From a virus (taxonomy: Duplodnaviria > Caudoviricetes): a stretch of 55,164 bases of DNA. Below the pieces are notes generated by a model that saw only the letters and a program-made list of their open reading frames with translations, searched no databases and had not been told where the DNA came from. Position numbers and translations under genes: made by a program. Positions 8,733 through 18,889 of the stretch are shown piece after piece; the stretch's first letter is position 1; each line of letters starts with the position of its first letter. Location: the IMG/VR virus record IMGVR_UViG_3300046466_000192, positions 1 through 55,164 of that record, one strand, 5' to 3'.

Positions 8733-10948
8733 TGTACCAGCAATCGCTTTACAAGGTTGTAGAACCTATAAAAATAAATACCGTAAAAAGACTTAATAAG
8801 TCTAAAAGCTGGAAATATGGTTATAACAAAGAGCATGATGTTGTAGTTATAAGCAGAACGGGTCAGATTGGCGAAGTGTATAGCATACAAAACCTGCATA
8901 TAGCTTTACCTAAAAAACCTACAAATGTTTTTAAGTTTAATAAAAATACTTGGGAAAAATCTGAATATCCAAAAGAATTAAGTAAAATAAAAACAGTTTT
9001 TGACTGGAAGGAATATCCAGAAGAATTTAAAGAAAAATGGTATGATTACATCGATAATGAGTTTACTCGTAGGGAAGAAGGTTTTTGGTTTTACAATAAA
9101 AACGTTCCTACTTACGTTACTGGTACTCATTACATGTACTTGCAGTGGAGTAAAATCGACGTTGGAGCACCGGACTTTCGCGAGTCAAATAGATTATTCT
9201 ATATTTTCTGGGAGGCTTGTAAGGCCGATCACAGATCCTATGGGATGTGCTATCTTAAGAATAGGCGATCTGGATTCTCATTTATGGCATCAGGCGAGGT
9301 GGTTAACATGGCAACCATATCCTCTGACTCTAGATATGGAATATTATCTAAGAGTGGACCAGATGCGAAGAAGATGTTTACTGACAAGGTGGTACCAATA
9401 TCCATTAATTACCCCTTCTTTTTCAAGCCCATCCAGGACGGAATGGATCGTCCAAAGACCGAGCTTGCCTTCAGGGTCCCAGCCAGTAAGCTTACCAGAA
9501 GAAAACTTACCAGCAACGAAGCCTTACAGGAACTCGAGGGTCTCGACACCACGATCGACTGGAAGAATACGGGTGACAACTCCTACGACGGTGAGAAGCT
9601 TAAACTCCTCGTCCACGACGAGAGCGGTAAATGGGAGAGGCCGAACAACATCCTCAACAACTGGCGTGTTACGAAAACCACCCTACGACTAGGTAGTAGA
9701 GTAATTGGAAAGTGTATGATGGGTTCAACATCAAATGCTTTAGATAAAGGTGGTGATAATTTTAAAAAATTATATAAAAACTCAGATGTTACAAAAAGAA
9801 ACCGCAATGGACAGACAAGCTCAGGATTATATAGTTTGTTCATACCTATGGAATGGAACTACGAAGGATTCATTGATTCTTATGGCTTACCTGTATTCGA
9901 TACACCCGAGCAAGAAACTTTTGGTCCCTATGGGGAAAATATAGATATAGGAATACTAGAGCATTGGCAAAACGAAGCTGATGGTTTAAAAAATGATGGA
10001 GATGCTTTAAATGAATTTTATAGACAATTTCCACGTACTGAAGAACATGCTTTTAGAGATGAAACTAAAAACAGTATATTTAATTTAGCTAAAATATACG
10101 AACAAATAGATTTTAACGAAGAAGCTAACTATGATAACACTATAACTACTGGTAATTTTCAGTGGGTAAATGGAGTTAAAGATAGTAAAGTTATATTTTA
10201 TCCAGATAAAAATGGTAGATTTAAATTAAGCTGGACACCTCCAGTTCATTTACAAAACAATATTATATTAAAAAATGGATTAAAAAAACCAGGCAATGAA
10301 CACATGGGTTGCTTTGGTTGTGACAGCTACGATATATCAGGAACTGTAGACGGCAAGGGCTCAAAAGGCTCTTTACACGGTTTAACAAAGTTTAGTATGG
10401 AAGATTCTCCAGCTAATCATTTCTTTTTAGAGTATATAGCTAGGCCCCAGACTGCTGAGATATTCTTTGAGGACGTTCTAATGGCACTTGTATTTTACGG
10501 GATGCCTATACTAGCAGAAAATAATAAACCCCGTCTATTGTATTATTTAAGAAGGCGTGGTTATAGAGGTTTTAGTATGAATAGACCTGATAAAGTTTGG
10601 AATAAACTATCTGTTGCTGAAAAAGAAGTAGGTGGTATACCAAACTCAAGCGAAGATATAAAACAATCACACGCTGCTGCTATTGAAATGTATATACAAG
10701 ATCACGTAGGTGTGAAGCAAGACGGAAGCTATGGTACGGTTTATTTTAATGAGCTGTTAAACGACTGGGCTAAGTTTGATATAAATAATAGAACTAAATT
10801 CGATGCTTCTATAAGTTCTGGTTTAGCTATAATGGGCTGTAATAGACATTTATACGCTCCAAATGCTAAAATAGAAAAACAAAAAATAAATATAAGTTTT
10901 GCTAGATATAAACAAGGCGGAACACATTCAAAATTAATAGAAAATTAA
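8732..10948 (+). CDS. terL: Terminase large subunit
   Basis: Walker A-like KNRRSGFS, Walker B LLVHDE, coupling motif GSTSN, RNase H-like FGCDSYD; upstream of portal. Confidence 0.9.
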   Translation: MYQQSLYKVVEPIKINTVKRLNKSKSWKYGYNKEHDVVVISRTGQIGEVYSIQNLHIALPKKPTNVFKFNKNTWEKSEYPKELSKIKTVFDWKEYPEEFKEKWYDYIDNEFTRREEGFWFYNKNVPTYVTGTHYMYLQWSKIDVGAPDFRESNRLFYIFWEACKADHRSYGMCYLKNRRSGFSFMASGEVVNMATISSDSRYGILSKSGPDAKKMFTDKVVPISINYPFFFKPIQDGMDRPKTELAFRVPASKLTRRKLTSNEALQELEGLDTTIDWKNTGDNSYDGEKLKLLVHDESGKWERPNNILNNWRVTKTTLRLGSRVIGKCMMGSTSNALDKGGDNFKKLYKNSDVTKRNRNGQTSSGLYSLFIPMEWNYEGFIDSYGLPVFDTPEQETFGPYGENIDIGILEHWQNEADGLKNDGDALNEFYRQFPRTEEHAFRDETKNSIFNLAKIYEQIDFNEEANYDNTITTGNFQWVNGVKDSKVIFYPDKNGRFKLSWTPPVHLQNNIILKNGLKKPGNEHMGCFGCDSYDISGTVDGKGSKGSLHGLTKFSMEDSPANHFFLEYIARPQTAEIFFEDVLMALVFYGMPILAENNKPRLLYYLRRRGYRGFSMNRPDKVWNKLSVAEKEVGGIPNSSEDIKQSHAAAIEMYIQDHVGVKQDGSYGTVYFNELLNDWAKFDINNRTKFDASISSGLAIMGCNRHLYAPNAKIEKQKINISFARYKQGGTHSKLIEN
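9057..9692 (+). CDS. Candidate overprinted gene in +1 frame of terL (membrane/lipoprotein-like)
   Basis: Stop-free for 230 codons (9000-9692). From ATG 9057: KK, hydrophobic stretch, then TCTCSG. S/T/P/R-rich tail. Coincides with a GC-rich patch. Confidence 0.45.
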   Translation: MSLLVGKKVFGFTIKTFLLTLLVLITCTCSGVKSTLEHRTFASQIDYSIFSGRLVRPITDPMGCAILRIGDLDSHLWHQARWLTWQPYPLTLDMEYYLRVDQMRRRCLLTRWYQYPLITPSFSSPSRTEWIVQRPSLPSGSQPVSLPEENLPATKPYRNSRVSTPRSTGRIRVTTPTTVRSLNSSSTTRAVNGRGRTTSSTTGVLRKPPYD

Positions 10949-10949
10949 T

Positions 10950-13379
10950 ATGGCTGAATCAGTTGTTAAAGGTTATTTTCCAAGTCAAGTCGCTAGCGAT
11001 TTAGAAAAAATGAGTAAAGACTACGGTTTGAAAGTTGCTAAAGCAATTGAAAGCGAGTGGTTTAAAAGAGACTCAGGTACTAATAGGTTTTTTGGTAATC
11101 AAACAGAGTTTCACAAGTTGAGATTATACGCTAGAGGAGAACAATCAATACAAAAATATAAAGACGAGTTGTCAATAAATGGTGACTTAAGTTATTTAAA
11201 CTTAGACTGGAAACCAGTTCCCGTTATACCAAAGTTTGTAGATATAGTTGTAAACGGTATATCTGAAAGAGTTTACGATGTTAAAGCTTATTCTCAAGAC
11301 CCATCAGGTGTTAGTAAAAGAACAGCTTACATGGAATCTATGCTTAGAGATATGCGTAGTAAAGATCTAACAGCTTTTGCGAAAGAAGCTTTTGATATTG
11401 ATTTATCAGAAAATAGTCCTGAAATATTACCAGATTCTCAACAAGAGTTAGATTTACACATGCAGCTTTCTTACAAACAAGCTGTAGAGCTAGCTGAAGA
11501 ACAAGCAATAAACGTAATATTAGACGGTAACAGGTATGACTTAACAAGACGTAGAATAAATTATGATTTAACCGTTTTAGGTATAGGCGCTGTTAAAACA
11601 GTGTATAACAAGTCAGAAGGTATAAAAGTAGAATATGTAGATCCAGCTAATATGGTTTACTCCTACACAGAAGATCCTAATTTTAATGATATTTATTATG
11701 TAGGTGAAGTTAAAAACGTACCTGTAAACGAATTAAAAAAGCAGTTTCCACATTTAAAAGAGGACCAGTTGAATAAAATAACAGGTCAAGGTTTTCAAAA
11801 TAGTGGTTTTTATAATAGAAGCTTAACAGAGTCAAATCAGGTTGATAAAAATCAAGTACAAGTTTTATACTTTAATTACAAGACATACGCTAATGAAGTA
11901 TACAAAGTAAAAGAAACAGCAACAGGAGCTAGTAAAATCATAGTAAAAGACGATACATTTAACCCTGTTGTTGATCAAATGCTTGAGGCTAAGTACGGTA
12001 AAATTTCTAGATCATTAGAGGTTTTATACGAAGGCGCTGTAATATTAGGTACTGATATACTACTTAAATGGGACTTAAGCAAAAACATGATGAGACCTAA
12101 AAGTGATTACACTAAGGTTAAAATGAACTACGCTATATGTGCACCGCGTATGTATAAAGGTAGAATAGAAAGTCTAGTTAGTCGTATAACTGGTTTTGCT
12201 GACATGATACAGTTAACTCATTTAAAACTACAGCAGGTTATGTCTAGAATGACACCAGATGGTATTTATTTAGACGCTGATGGTTTAGCTGAAATAGATC
12301 TTGGCAATGGTACTAACTATAACCCACAAGAAGCGTTGAATATGTTTTTTCAAACAGGTTCAATTATAGGTAGATCTATGACTAGCGAAGGGGATATGAA
12401 TCCTGGTAAGGTTCCTATTCAAGAAATACAAAACGGAGCTGGAGGAGCTAAAATGCAAAGTCTAATAGGAACATATAACTACTATCTACAGATGATACGC
12501 GACGTGACAGGTTTAAATGAAGCATCAGACGCTTCTACTCCTTCAAAAGACGCTTTAGTTGGTGTTCAAAAAATAGCAGCAGCTAATAGTAACACAGCAA
12601 CAAGACATATATTACAGTCTGGTTTATTTTTAACTTCAGAGGTAGCTGAGGCTATATCTCTTAGAGTTTCTGATGTTTTAGAATATTCTGAAACTAAAGA
12701 AGCTTTTATACAAAAAATAGGTATACATAATGTTTCTACTCTTTCAGAAATGTCTAATTTACATTTATGTGATTTTGGTATAACTATAGAATTATCACCT
12801 GATGAAGAGCAGAAGCAAATGCTAGAAAACAATATACAAATGGCTCTTAGTGGTGGTGGTATTGATCTTGAAGACGCTATTGATCTTAGAGAAATAAAAA
12901 ACATAAAGCTAGCTAATCAACTACTTAAAATACGTAGAAAGAAAAAACAAGAAAGAGATCAGCTAATGCAACAACAAAATATACAAGCTCAAGCCGAAGC
13001 TAATGCGCAGGCTCAACAGGTTGCTGCTCAAGCAGAGGTTCAGAAAAACCAAGCTATAACTGAACAAAAAATACAACTAGAGCAAGTAAAAGCTAGAATA
13101 GAAGAGGCTAAAACACAAAAAGAGGTTATGTACAAAAAAGAACTTATGAATCATGAGTTTCAGATTAACATGCGTCTAAAGAGTATGGAGGTTGAAGGTC
13201 TAAGAAATAAAGAACGATACAAAGAAGATCGTAAAGATAAAAGAACTAAGATACAAGCAACTCAACAAAGTGAGATGATTGAGCAAAGAAATAGTGGTAA
13301 ACCACCTAAAAACTTTGAATCTTCAAGTAATGATATACTTGGAGGCGGGTTTGATCTAGGAGCAACAGATCCTAGGTAA
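10950..13379 (+). CDS. Portal protein
   Basis: 809 aa between terL and scaffold; IPKFVDIVVNG motif, C-terminal Q-rich coiled coil. Confidence 0.8.
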   Translation: MAESVVKGYFPSQVASDLEKMSKDYGLKVAKAIESEWFKRDSGTNRFFGNQTEFHKLRLYARGEQSIQKYKDELSINGDLSYLNLDWKPVPVIPKFVDIVVNGISERVYDVKAYSQDPSGVSKRTAYMESMLRDMRSKDLTAFAKEAFDIDLSENSPEILPDSQQELDLHMQLSYKQAVELAEEQAINVILDGNRYDLTRRRINYDLTVLGIGAVKTVYNKSEGIKVEYVDPANMVYSYTEDPNFNDIYYVGEVKNVPVNELKKQFPHLKEDQLNKITGQGFQNSGFYNRSLTESNQVDKNQVQVLYFNYKTYANEVYKVKETATGASKIIVKDDTFNPVVDQMLEAKYGKISRSLEVLYEGAVILGTDILLKWDLSKNMMRPKSDYTKVKMNYAICAPRMYKGRIESLVSRITGFADMIQLTHLKLQQVMSRMTPDGIYLDADGLAEIDLGNGTNYNPQEALNMFFQTGSIIGRSMTSEGDMNPGKVPIQEIQNGAGGAKMQSLIGTYNYYLQMIRDVTGLNEASDASTPSKDALVGVQKIAAANSNTATRHILQSGLFLTSEVAEAISLRVSDVLEYSETKEAFIQKIGIHNVSTLSEMSNLHLCDFGITIELSPDEEQKQMLENNIQMALSGGGIDLEDAIDLREIKNIKLANQLLKIRRKKKQERDQLMQQQNIQAQAEANAQAQQVAAQAEVQKNQAITEQKIQLEQVKARIEEAKTQKEVMYKKELMNHEFQINMRLKSMEVEGLRNKERYKEDRKDKRTKIQATQQSEMIEQRNSGKPPKNFESSSNDILGGGFDLGATDPR

Positions 13380-13407
13380 TTATTTATTAATTTTATAATA
13401 TTATATT

Positions 13408-14598
13408 ATGGCAGAAGAACAAAAACAAGAAGAGCTTCAGGAAGAAGCTGTAGAGCAAAATCAAGAAGTTCAAGCTGAAGCTGTTACAGAGGAACCAGCT
13501 AACGATGTACCAAAAAATGAAGTTTTAGAAGATGGTACAATTAAACTTGATTTATCAACTAAATCAGCTGAAGAAGAAGTTGAACCTGAAAAACAAGAAA
13601 AAACAAGCGAACAGCCGGTTGAAGAGGTTGTTGAACAACAAGAAGTTGTTGAAGAGCAAGAAGAGCCTCAACAAGCATTAGAAGAAATAACAGAGGAGGA
13701 AGTTGAAGAACGAGTTGAGGAACTTACAGAGCAAGTTGAACAAGCTATAGTTGAAGCTGATGCTGGTGTTGAACTACCTGAAAATATTCAAAAAGTTGTA
13801 GACTTTATTAATGACACTGGTGGTACTTTAGAGGATTATGTAAAGCTAAATCAAGATTTTAGTAATTATGATGACAAAGCTTTATTAAGAGAATATTACA
13901 AACAAACTAAACCTCACTTAGAAGAAGAAGAAATAAACTTCTTAATGGAAGATAATTTTTCATTCGACGAAGAAGTCGACGATGAGAGAGATATTAGAAG
14001 AAAAAAATTAGCGCTAAAAGAGCAGGTTGCAAGTGCTAAAAGCCACTTAGACGGGTTAAAGTCTAAATACTATGAAGAGATCAAGGCTGGTAGTAAGTTG
14101 CTCCCAGAGCAACAGAAAGCAGTTGAGTTCTTTAATAGATATAACAAAGAGTCTGAGGAAAATCAGAAATTACAAGATCACTATAAAAATGTGTTTCAAC
14201 AAAAAACAAATAATGTTTTTAACGATCAGTTCAAAGGTTTTGAATATAAGGTTGGTGAAAAGAAATATAGGTTTAATGTAAAAGATTCTAGTAAAGTCAA
14301 AGATACTCAAAGTGACATCAATAATTTTGTCAAGAAGTTCTTGAATGAAAAAAATGAGATGTCGGATGCTTCGGGTTATCACAAAGGCTTATTTACTGCT
14401 ATGAATCCAGATTTAGTAGCTCAACATTTTTACGAACAAGGCAAGGCAGATGCTATAAAAAACAGTATGGCTAAAGCTAAAAACATTGACATGGATCCAA
14501 GGTCTACTCACGAGAAGGCCCCAAGTCCAAATGGCTTTACAGTAAGAACCGTTGACAACGATGTCGGAGACTTTAAGTTTAAAATAAAAACAAGATAA
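13408..14598 (+). CDS. Capsid scaffolding protein
   Basis: Very acidic, low-complexity N-half and helical C-half; lies between portal and capsid. Confidence 0.7.
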   Translation: MAEEQKQEELQEEAVEQNQEVQAEAVTEEPANDVPKNEVLEDGTIKLDLSTKSAEEEVEPEKQEKTSEQPVEEVVEQQEVVEEQEEPQQALEEITEEEVEERVEELTEQVEQAIVEADAGVELPENIQKVVDFINDTGGTLEDYVKLNQDFSNYDDKALLREYYKQTKPHLEEEEINFLMEDNFSFDEEVDDERDIRRKKLALKEQVASAKSHLDGLKSKYYEEIKAGSKLLPEQQKAVEFFNRYNKESEENQKLQDHYKNVFQQKTNNVFNDQFKGFEYKVGEKKYRFNVKDSSKVKDTQSDINNFVKKFLNEKNEMSDASGYHKGLFTAMNPDLVAQHFYEQGKADAIKNSMAKAKNIDMDPRSTHEKAPSPNGFTVRTVDNDVGDFKFKIKTR

Positions 14599-14622
14599 CT
14601 TAACAATTAAAATTAAAAAATT

Positions 14623-16101
14623 ATGGCAAGTGGACAATTTACTGGGAGTAGCTTAGCTCTCTCACACTTAACCCCAAGACCTGTTAAAGATTTATATGGG
14701 TCTAACTACCTGTCTATTACAGGTAACGATTACAACTTTACTAAACAATTCCTACCAGAAGTTTACGAAAAAGAAGTTGAAAGATACGGTAACAGAACTG
14801 TTGCTGGATTTTTAAAAATGGTAGGAGCTGAAATGCCTATGGCTTCTGACCGTGTTGTATGGTCTGAGCAAGGGCGTATTCACGTTGCATTTGACGACTG
14901 TTCTACAGACGCTAACGGTGGTGCTACTAATGAGTTAACTTTTGAATCTGCAGAAAAAGCTTCATTAGTTAACAAACATGACACTATCATTGTTAACACT
15001 GGAGGTACTACAGTAAAATGTTACGTTTCAGATAAGCCAACTGCAACTACTGCTACTGTTATTCCTTACACTGCTGCTACTTTAGCCGCTGCTGGTATTG
15101 CGAATGACACAGCTAATTTAAAAGTATTTGTTTATGGTTCTGAGTACAAAAAAGGATCTAGTTTAGCTGGAAACTCAAAAGACGCGCAGTTTACTACTTT
15201 TAGTAATAAGCCAATTATCTTAAGAGACAAGTACAGTATAAACGGTTCTGATACTGCTAGTATCGGCTGGGTAGAAGTAACTACTGAAGCTGGAACTGGT
15301 GGGTATTTATGGTACTTAAAATCAGAGCACGAAGCACGTTTAAGATTTGAGGATCAATTAGAAATGGCGATGATTGAAGCTGAGCCAGTTTCTTCTACTC
15401 AAATGGATGCTGCTGGTATTTTTGAATCTGCTGCTGTTGTAGGACAACACGGAACTCAAGGTTTATTCTCTGCTATTGAAGCTAGAGGTTTAGTATATAA
15501 CAACCCTGATTTCGGCGCAACTGGAACTGGTGCAGGTGAAGGAATTAATGAGTTTGATGTTATATTACAAGAACTAGACAAGCAAGGAGCTATCGAAGAA
15601 AACATGATGTTCTTAAATAGAGGAACTTCATTAGCTATCGATAACATGCTAGCTAGTCAAAATTCTTACGGAACTGGTGGTACATCTTACGGTGTATTTG
15701 ACAATTCTGAAGATATGGCGCTTAACTTAGGATTCTCAGGATTTAGAAGAGGTTCTTACGATTTTTACAAGTCTGACTGGAAATACCTAAACGATGGTAC
15801 TACAAGAGGATTAATTGGTGATGTACAAGGAGTATTAGTTCCTGCTGGAACAAGTACTGTTTACGATCAGCAATTAGGTAAAAACATCAAAAGACCTTTC
15901 TTACATATTCGTTATAGAGCTTCTGAAGCTGATGACAGACGTATGAAATCTTGGATCACTGGATCTGTTGGTGGTAACTACACTAGCGACGAGGATGCAA
16001 TGAACGTTCACTTCTTATCAGAAAGATGTTTATGTGTTCAAGCTGCTAATAACTTTATCTTATTCAAAGATTCTGATGGTGCTACTGGAGACAGTAACTA
16101 A
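14623..16101 (+). CDS. Major capsid protein
   Basis: 492 aa after scaffold; strongly biased codon usage; LNLGFSGFRRGSYDF motif; followed by a hairpin. Confidence 0.8.
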   Translation: MASGQFTGSSLALSHLTPRPVKDLYGSNYLSITGNDYNFTKQFLPEVYEKEVERYGNRTVAGFLKMVGAEMPMASDRVVWSEQGRIHVAFDDCSTDANGGATNELTFESAEKASLVNKHDTIIVNTGGTTVKCYVSDKPTATTATVIPYTAATLAAAGIANDTANLKVFVYGSEYKKGSSLAGNSKDAQFTTFSNKPIILRDKYSINGSDTASIGWVEVTTEAGTGGYLWYLKSEHEARLRFEDQLEMAMIEAEPVSSTQMDAAGIFESAAVVGQHGTQGLFSAIEARGLVYNNPDFGATGTGAGEGINEFDVILQELDKQGAIEENMMFLNRGTSLAIDNMLASQNSYGTGGTSYGVFDNSEDMALNLGFSGFRRGSYDFYKSDWKYLNDGTTRGLIGDVQGVLVPAGTSTVYDQQLGKNIKRPFLHIRYRASEADDRRMKSWITGSVGGNYTSDEDAMNVHFLSERCLCVQAANNFILFKDSDGATGDSN

Positions 16102-16120
16102 TCAATAACATGTGTAATTC

Positions 16121-16147
16121 TTACCCTCGTTGAACTGACGGGGGTAA
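16121..16147 (+). terminator. Stem-loop after MCP
   Basis: TTACCCTCGT-TGAACTG-ACGGGGGTAA, 10-bp stem with one G:U pair. Confidence 0.65.
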
Positions 16148-16176
16148 TTATTACCCTTATTAAATTATATTATATT

Positions 16177-16938
16177 ATGAAAAAGCAACAAAAAGCTCCT
16201 GTAACTTGGGAGGTTAAAGATAGAGTTTATTTATTAAAAGGTAACAAAACACCTTTATTATTTACAGTACCTGCAAAACACAGTAGAGCAAAAGCTTTAT
16301 TATGGTTTGACGAAGAACAAGGTATTCAAAGAGAATTAAGATACGCAACAAACCAAAACTCACCATTTGTTGATGAGCAAAAAGGTCAGGTAACTTTAGG
16401 TCATATATTTTTTAGAGATGGTAAGCTAGTGGTGCCAAAAGAGAAACAAAACTTACAAAAGTTATTATCGCTTTATCACCCAATGCGAAACAAACATTTT
16501 TTTGAAAAAGATGATCAAATGGAAGCTGAAGTTGATTTAAGCTATTTAGAAATGGAGATTGAAGCTTTAAAAATAGCATCTTCATTAGATATTGATGATG
16601 CTGAAGCAGTATTAAGAGTTGAAAACGGTAGCAATGTATCTTCTATGACTAGTAAAGAAATAAAAAGAGATGTAATTGTTTTTGCTAGAAGTAACCCTAG
16701 ACAATTTTTAGAGCTAATGCAAGATGATGATCTTCACTTAAAAAACATAGCTATGAAAGCTGTTAGATTAAGAGTTATAAAAATGTCACCAGATGGCAGA
16801 GCTTTTCTTTGGGAGAAAAATGGTAAAAAATTAATGAGTGTACCGTTTGATCAAGATCCATATCCAGCTATAGCTAATTGGTTTAAGACAGACGAAGGAA
16901 TGGAAGTTCTAGAAAGTATACAAAAGAAAATGAAATAG
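16177..16938 (+). CDS. Conserved hypothetical protein (post-capsid gene)
   Basis: 253-aa ORF with typical A/T-rich start in the structural block. Confidence 0.75.
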   Translation: MKKQQKAPVTWEVKDRVYLLKGNKTPLLFTVPAKHSRAKALLWFDEEQGIQRELRYATNQNSPFVDEQKGQVTLGHIFFRDGKLVVPKEKQNLQKLLSLYHPMRNKHFFEKDDQMEAEVDLSYLEMEIEALKIASSLDIDDAEAVLRVENGSNVSSMTSKEIKRDVIVFARSNPRQFLELMQDDDLHLKNIAMKAVRLRVIKMSPDGRAFLWEKNGKKLMSVPFDQDPYPAIANWFKTDEGMEVLESIQKKMK

Positions 16939-16949
16939 ATTACCTATAG

Positions 16950-16979
16950 TAGTTAGGCTACTTAACGGTAGCCTAATTA
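16950..16979 (+). terminator. Stem-loop/terminator
   Basis: TTAGGCTAC-TTAACG-GTAGCCTAA perfect 9-bp stem, intergenic. Confidence 0.65.
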
Positions 16980-16996
16980 TTATAAATAAAAAAATT

Positions 16997-17791
16997 ATGG
17001 CAGTAAGCATAGATACAGTATATCAAAGAGTTTTAGCTATAGCTAATAAAGAACAAAGAGGTTACATAACGCCTCAAGAGTTCAACCTGTTAGCTAATCA
17101 AGCTCAAATGGACTTGTTTGAACAATATTTTTTTGATTTAAAACAGTTCTTACAGCAACCAGGTAATGATACTACTCACGGTGATCCTATTGATATTATT
17201 AAAGAAAAAATAGATATATTTGAAAGATATAGACAACCAGTTGTTATGTCTACAAATTCTAGTCAAAACGGCATGGGCACCTTACCTTTGTACTATAGAT
17301 TAGGTGAATTATATTTTTTCCATGCAGAATGTACTGGAGGGGCTAGATTTATTGAGATAGAAAAAATGAATCAAAATGAGGTGCATCATATAATAAACTC
17401 TCCATTAACAGCACCAAACTTAAACCAACCGGTTTATGTTAGAACTAGAGGTGTAGTTCCTAACGATGCTAGTGATCAAGCTCAAACATCGACCACAGCA
17501 AATGAAATAAGTTTGTCAAGATCAATACAAGTTTATCCTACTACAATAACAAGTAATGTTGTTTGTAACTATATAGCTAGGCCAGCGCAAGTAAACTGGG
17601 GTTATACAGTTGTTAACGAACAAGCGCTATATAATTCTGCTACAACCGTTGATTTTGAATTACATCAATCAGAAGAAGTTAATTTAATATTTAAAATATT
17701 AGCTTTAGCGGGTGTGATTATAAAAGATCCTCAGATGTATCAAATAGCTAACACCGAAACTCAAAACGATATTCAAGAAGAAAAACTATAA
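16997..17791 (+). CDS. Head-tail adaptor/ring protein
   Basis: N-terminal NKEQRGYITPQEFNLLANQAQ typical of crAss/phi38:1-like ring proteins; position. Confidence 0.6.
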   Translation: MAVSIDTVYQRVLAIANKEQRGYITPQEFNLLANQAQMDLFEQYFFDLKQFLQQPGNDTTHGDPIDIIKEKIDIFERYRQPVVMSTNSSQNGMGTLPLYYRLGELYFFHAECTGGARFIEIEKMNQNEVHHIINSPLTAPNLNQPVYVRTRGVVPNDASDQAQTSTTANEISLSRSIQVYPTTITSNVVCNYIARPAQVNWGYTVVNEQALYNSATTVDFELHQSEEVNLIFKILALAGVIIKDPQMYQIANTETQNDIQEEKL

Positions 17792-17794
17792 GAT

Positions 17795-18886
17795 ATGCCT
17801 TTATTTACAGGAACACAGCAGCAATATTACAATAACAGTCAGTCATTCACTGGTAATGGTAGTACAACTGCTTTTACTTTAACATTTTCACCTCTACCAG
17901 CAAGTATAAACAACTTTAAAGTATATTTTAATGGATCAGAGGTAAACACAAGCTTATACGATGCAACTCCTTACAACAGTAGTACAGGTGTATTAACGTT
18001 TGATAGTGCTCCTGCTAATGGTGTTATCATACTTGTTCAACAATTTAACTTTGAAGAAAAACTAGGTAACTATCAATTTATAGGATTAAATGATATTGTA
18101 AATAATTTTATTATATCCTATGTTGGTGAAGATAAAATAATACCAAAAATCAGAAGAGCAGACGTTGCTTTTCATGCGCAAAGAGGTATTCAAGAACTTA
18201 CTTACGACACGTTCAAGTGCACTAAATCCCAAGAAATAGAAATACCACCTTCATTAACAATGAAACTACCACACGACTATGTTAACTATGTTAAACTTGC
18301 TTGGTCGGATAGCTCTGGCGTAGAACACGTTATATATCCTAGTGGTAAAACTAGTAATCCTACTGCTGTTTTGCAAGCTGAAGATTATAATTATTTGTTT
18401 GATCAAGACGGTAGTTTACTCACAGCGCAAGATTCAGACTCTTGGATAAAATATAGATCTAACTCTGAGTCACCTTCAGCGGATCCAAGTGCTAGTTTAT
18501 ATGACTATTTAACTGATGCTGGAAGAAGATACGGTATAAACCCAGAAACAGCTCAATCAAATGGTATATTTTATATAGATGCGTTAAGAGGTTTAATACA
18601 TTTTAGCTCAGATTTAAACGGTAAAACAGTTGTATTAAAATACATAAGTGATAGTTTAGGAACAGATGCTGAAATGATTGTTCATAAATTTGCTGAAGAA
18701 GCCATGTATAAATATATGGCTCATGCTATTTTATCAGCTAGAGCAAATGTTCAAGAGTATATAATAAACAGATTTAAAAGAGAAAAGTTCAACGCTATAA
18801 GAACTGCTAAAATTAGATTATCTAATTTAAAATCAGAAGAGCTGACACAAATAATGAGAGGCAAGTCTAAGCAAATAAAACACTAA
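17795..18886 (+). CDS. Tail ring/tubular protein with N-terminal fibre-adaptor-like domain
   Basis: LPHDYVNYVKL ring motif; N-terminal FTGNGSTTAFTL...TFDSAPANG domain. Confidence 0.6.
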   Translation: MPLFTGTQQQYYNNSQSFTGNGSTTAFTLTFSPLPASINNFKVYFNGSEVNTSLYDATPYNSSTGVLTFDSAPANGVIILVQQFNFEEKLGNYQFIGLNDIVNNFIISYVGEDKIIPKIRRADVAFHAQRGIQELTYDTFKCTKSQEIEIPPSLTMKLPHDYVNYVKLAWSDSSGVEHVIYPSGKTSNPTAVLQAEDYNYLFDQDGSLLTAQDSDSWIKYRSNSESPSADPSASLYDYLTDAGRRYGINPETAQSNGIFYIDALRGLIHFSSDLNGKTVVLKYISDSLGTDAEMIVHKFAEEAMYKYMAHAILSARANVQEYIINRFKREKFNAIRTAKIRLSNLKSEELTQIMRGKSKQIKH

Positions 18887-18889
18887 AGT

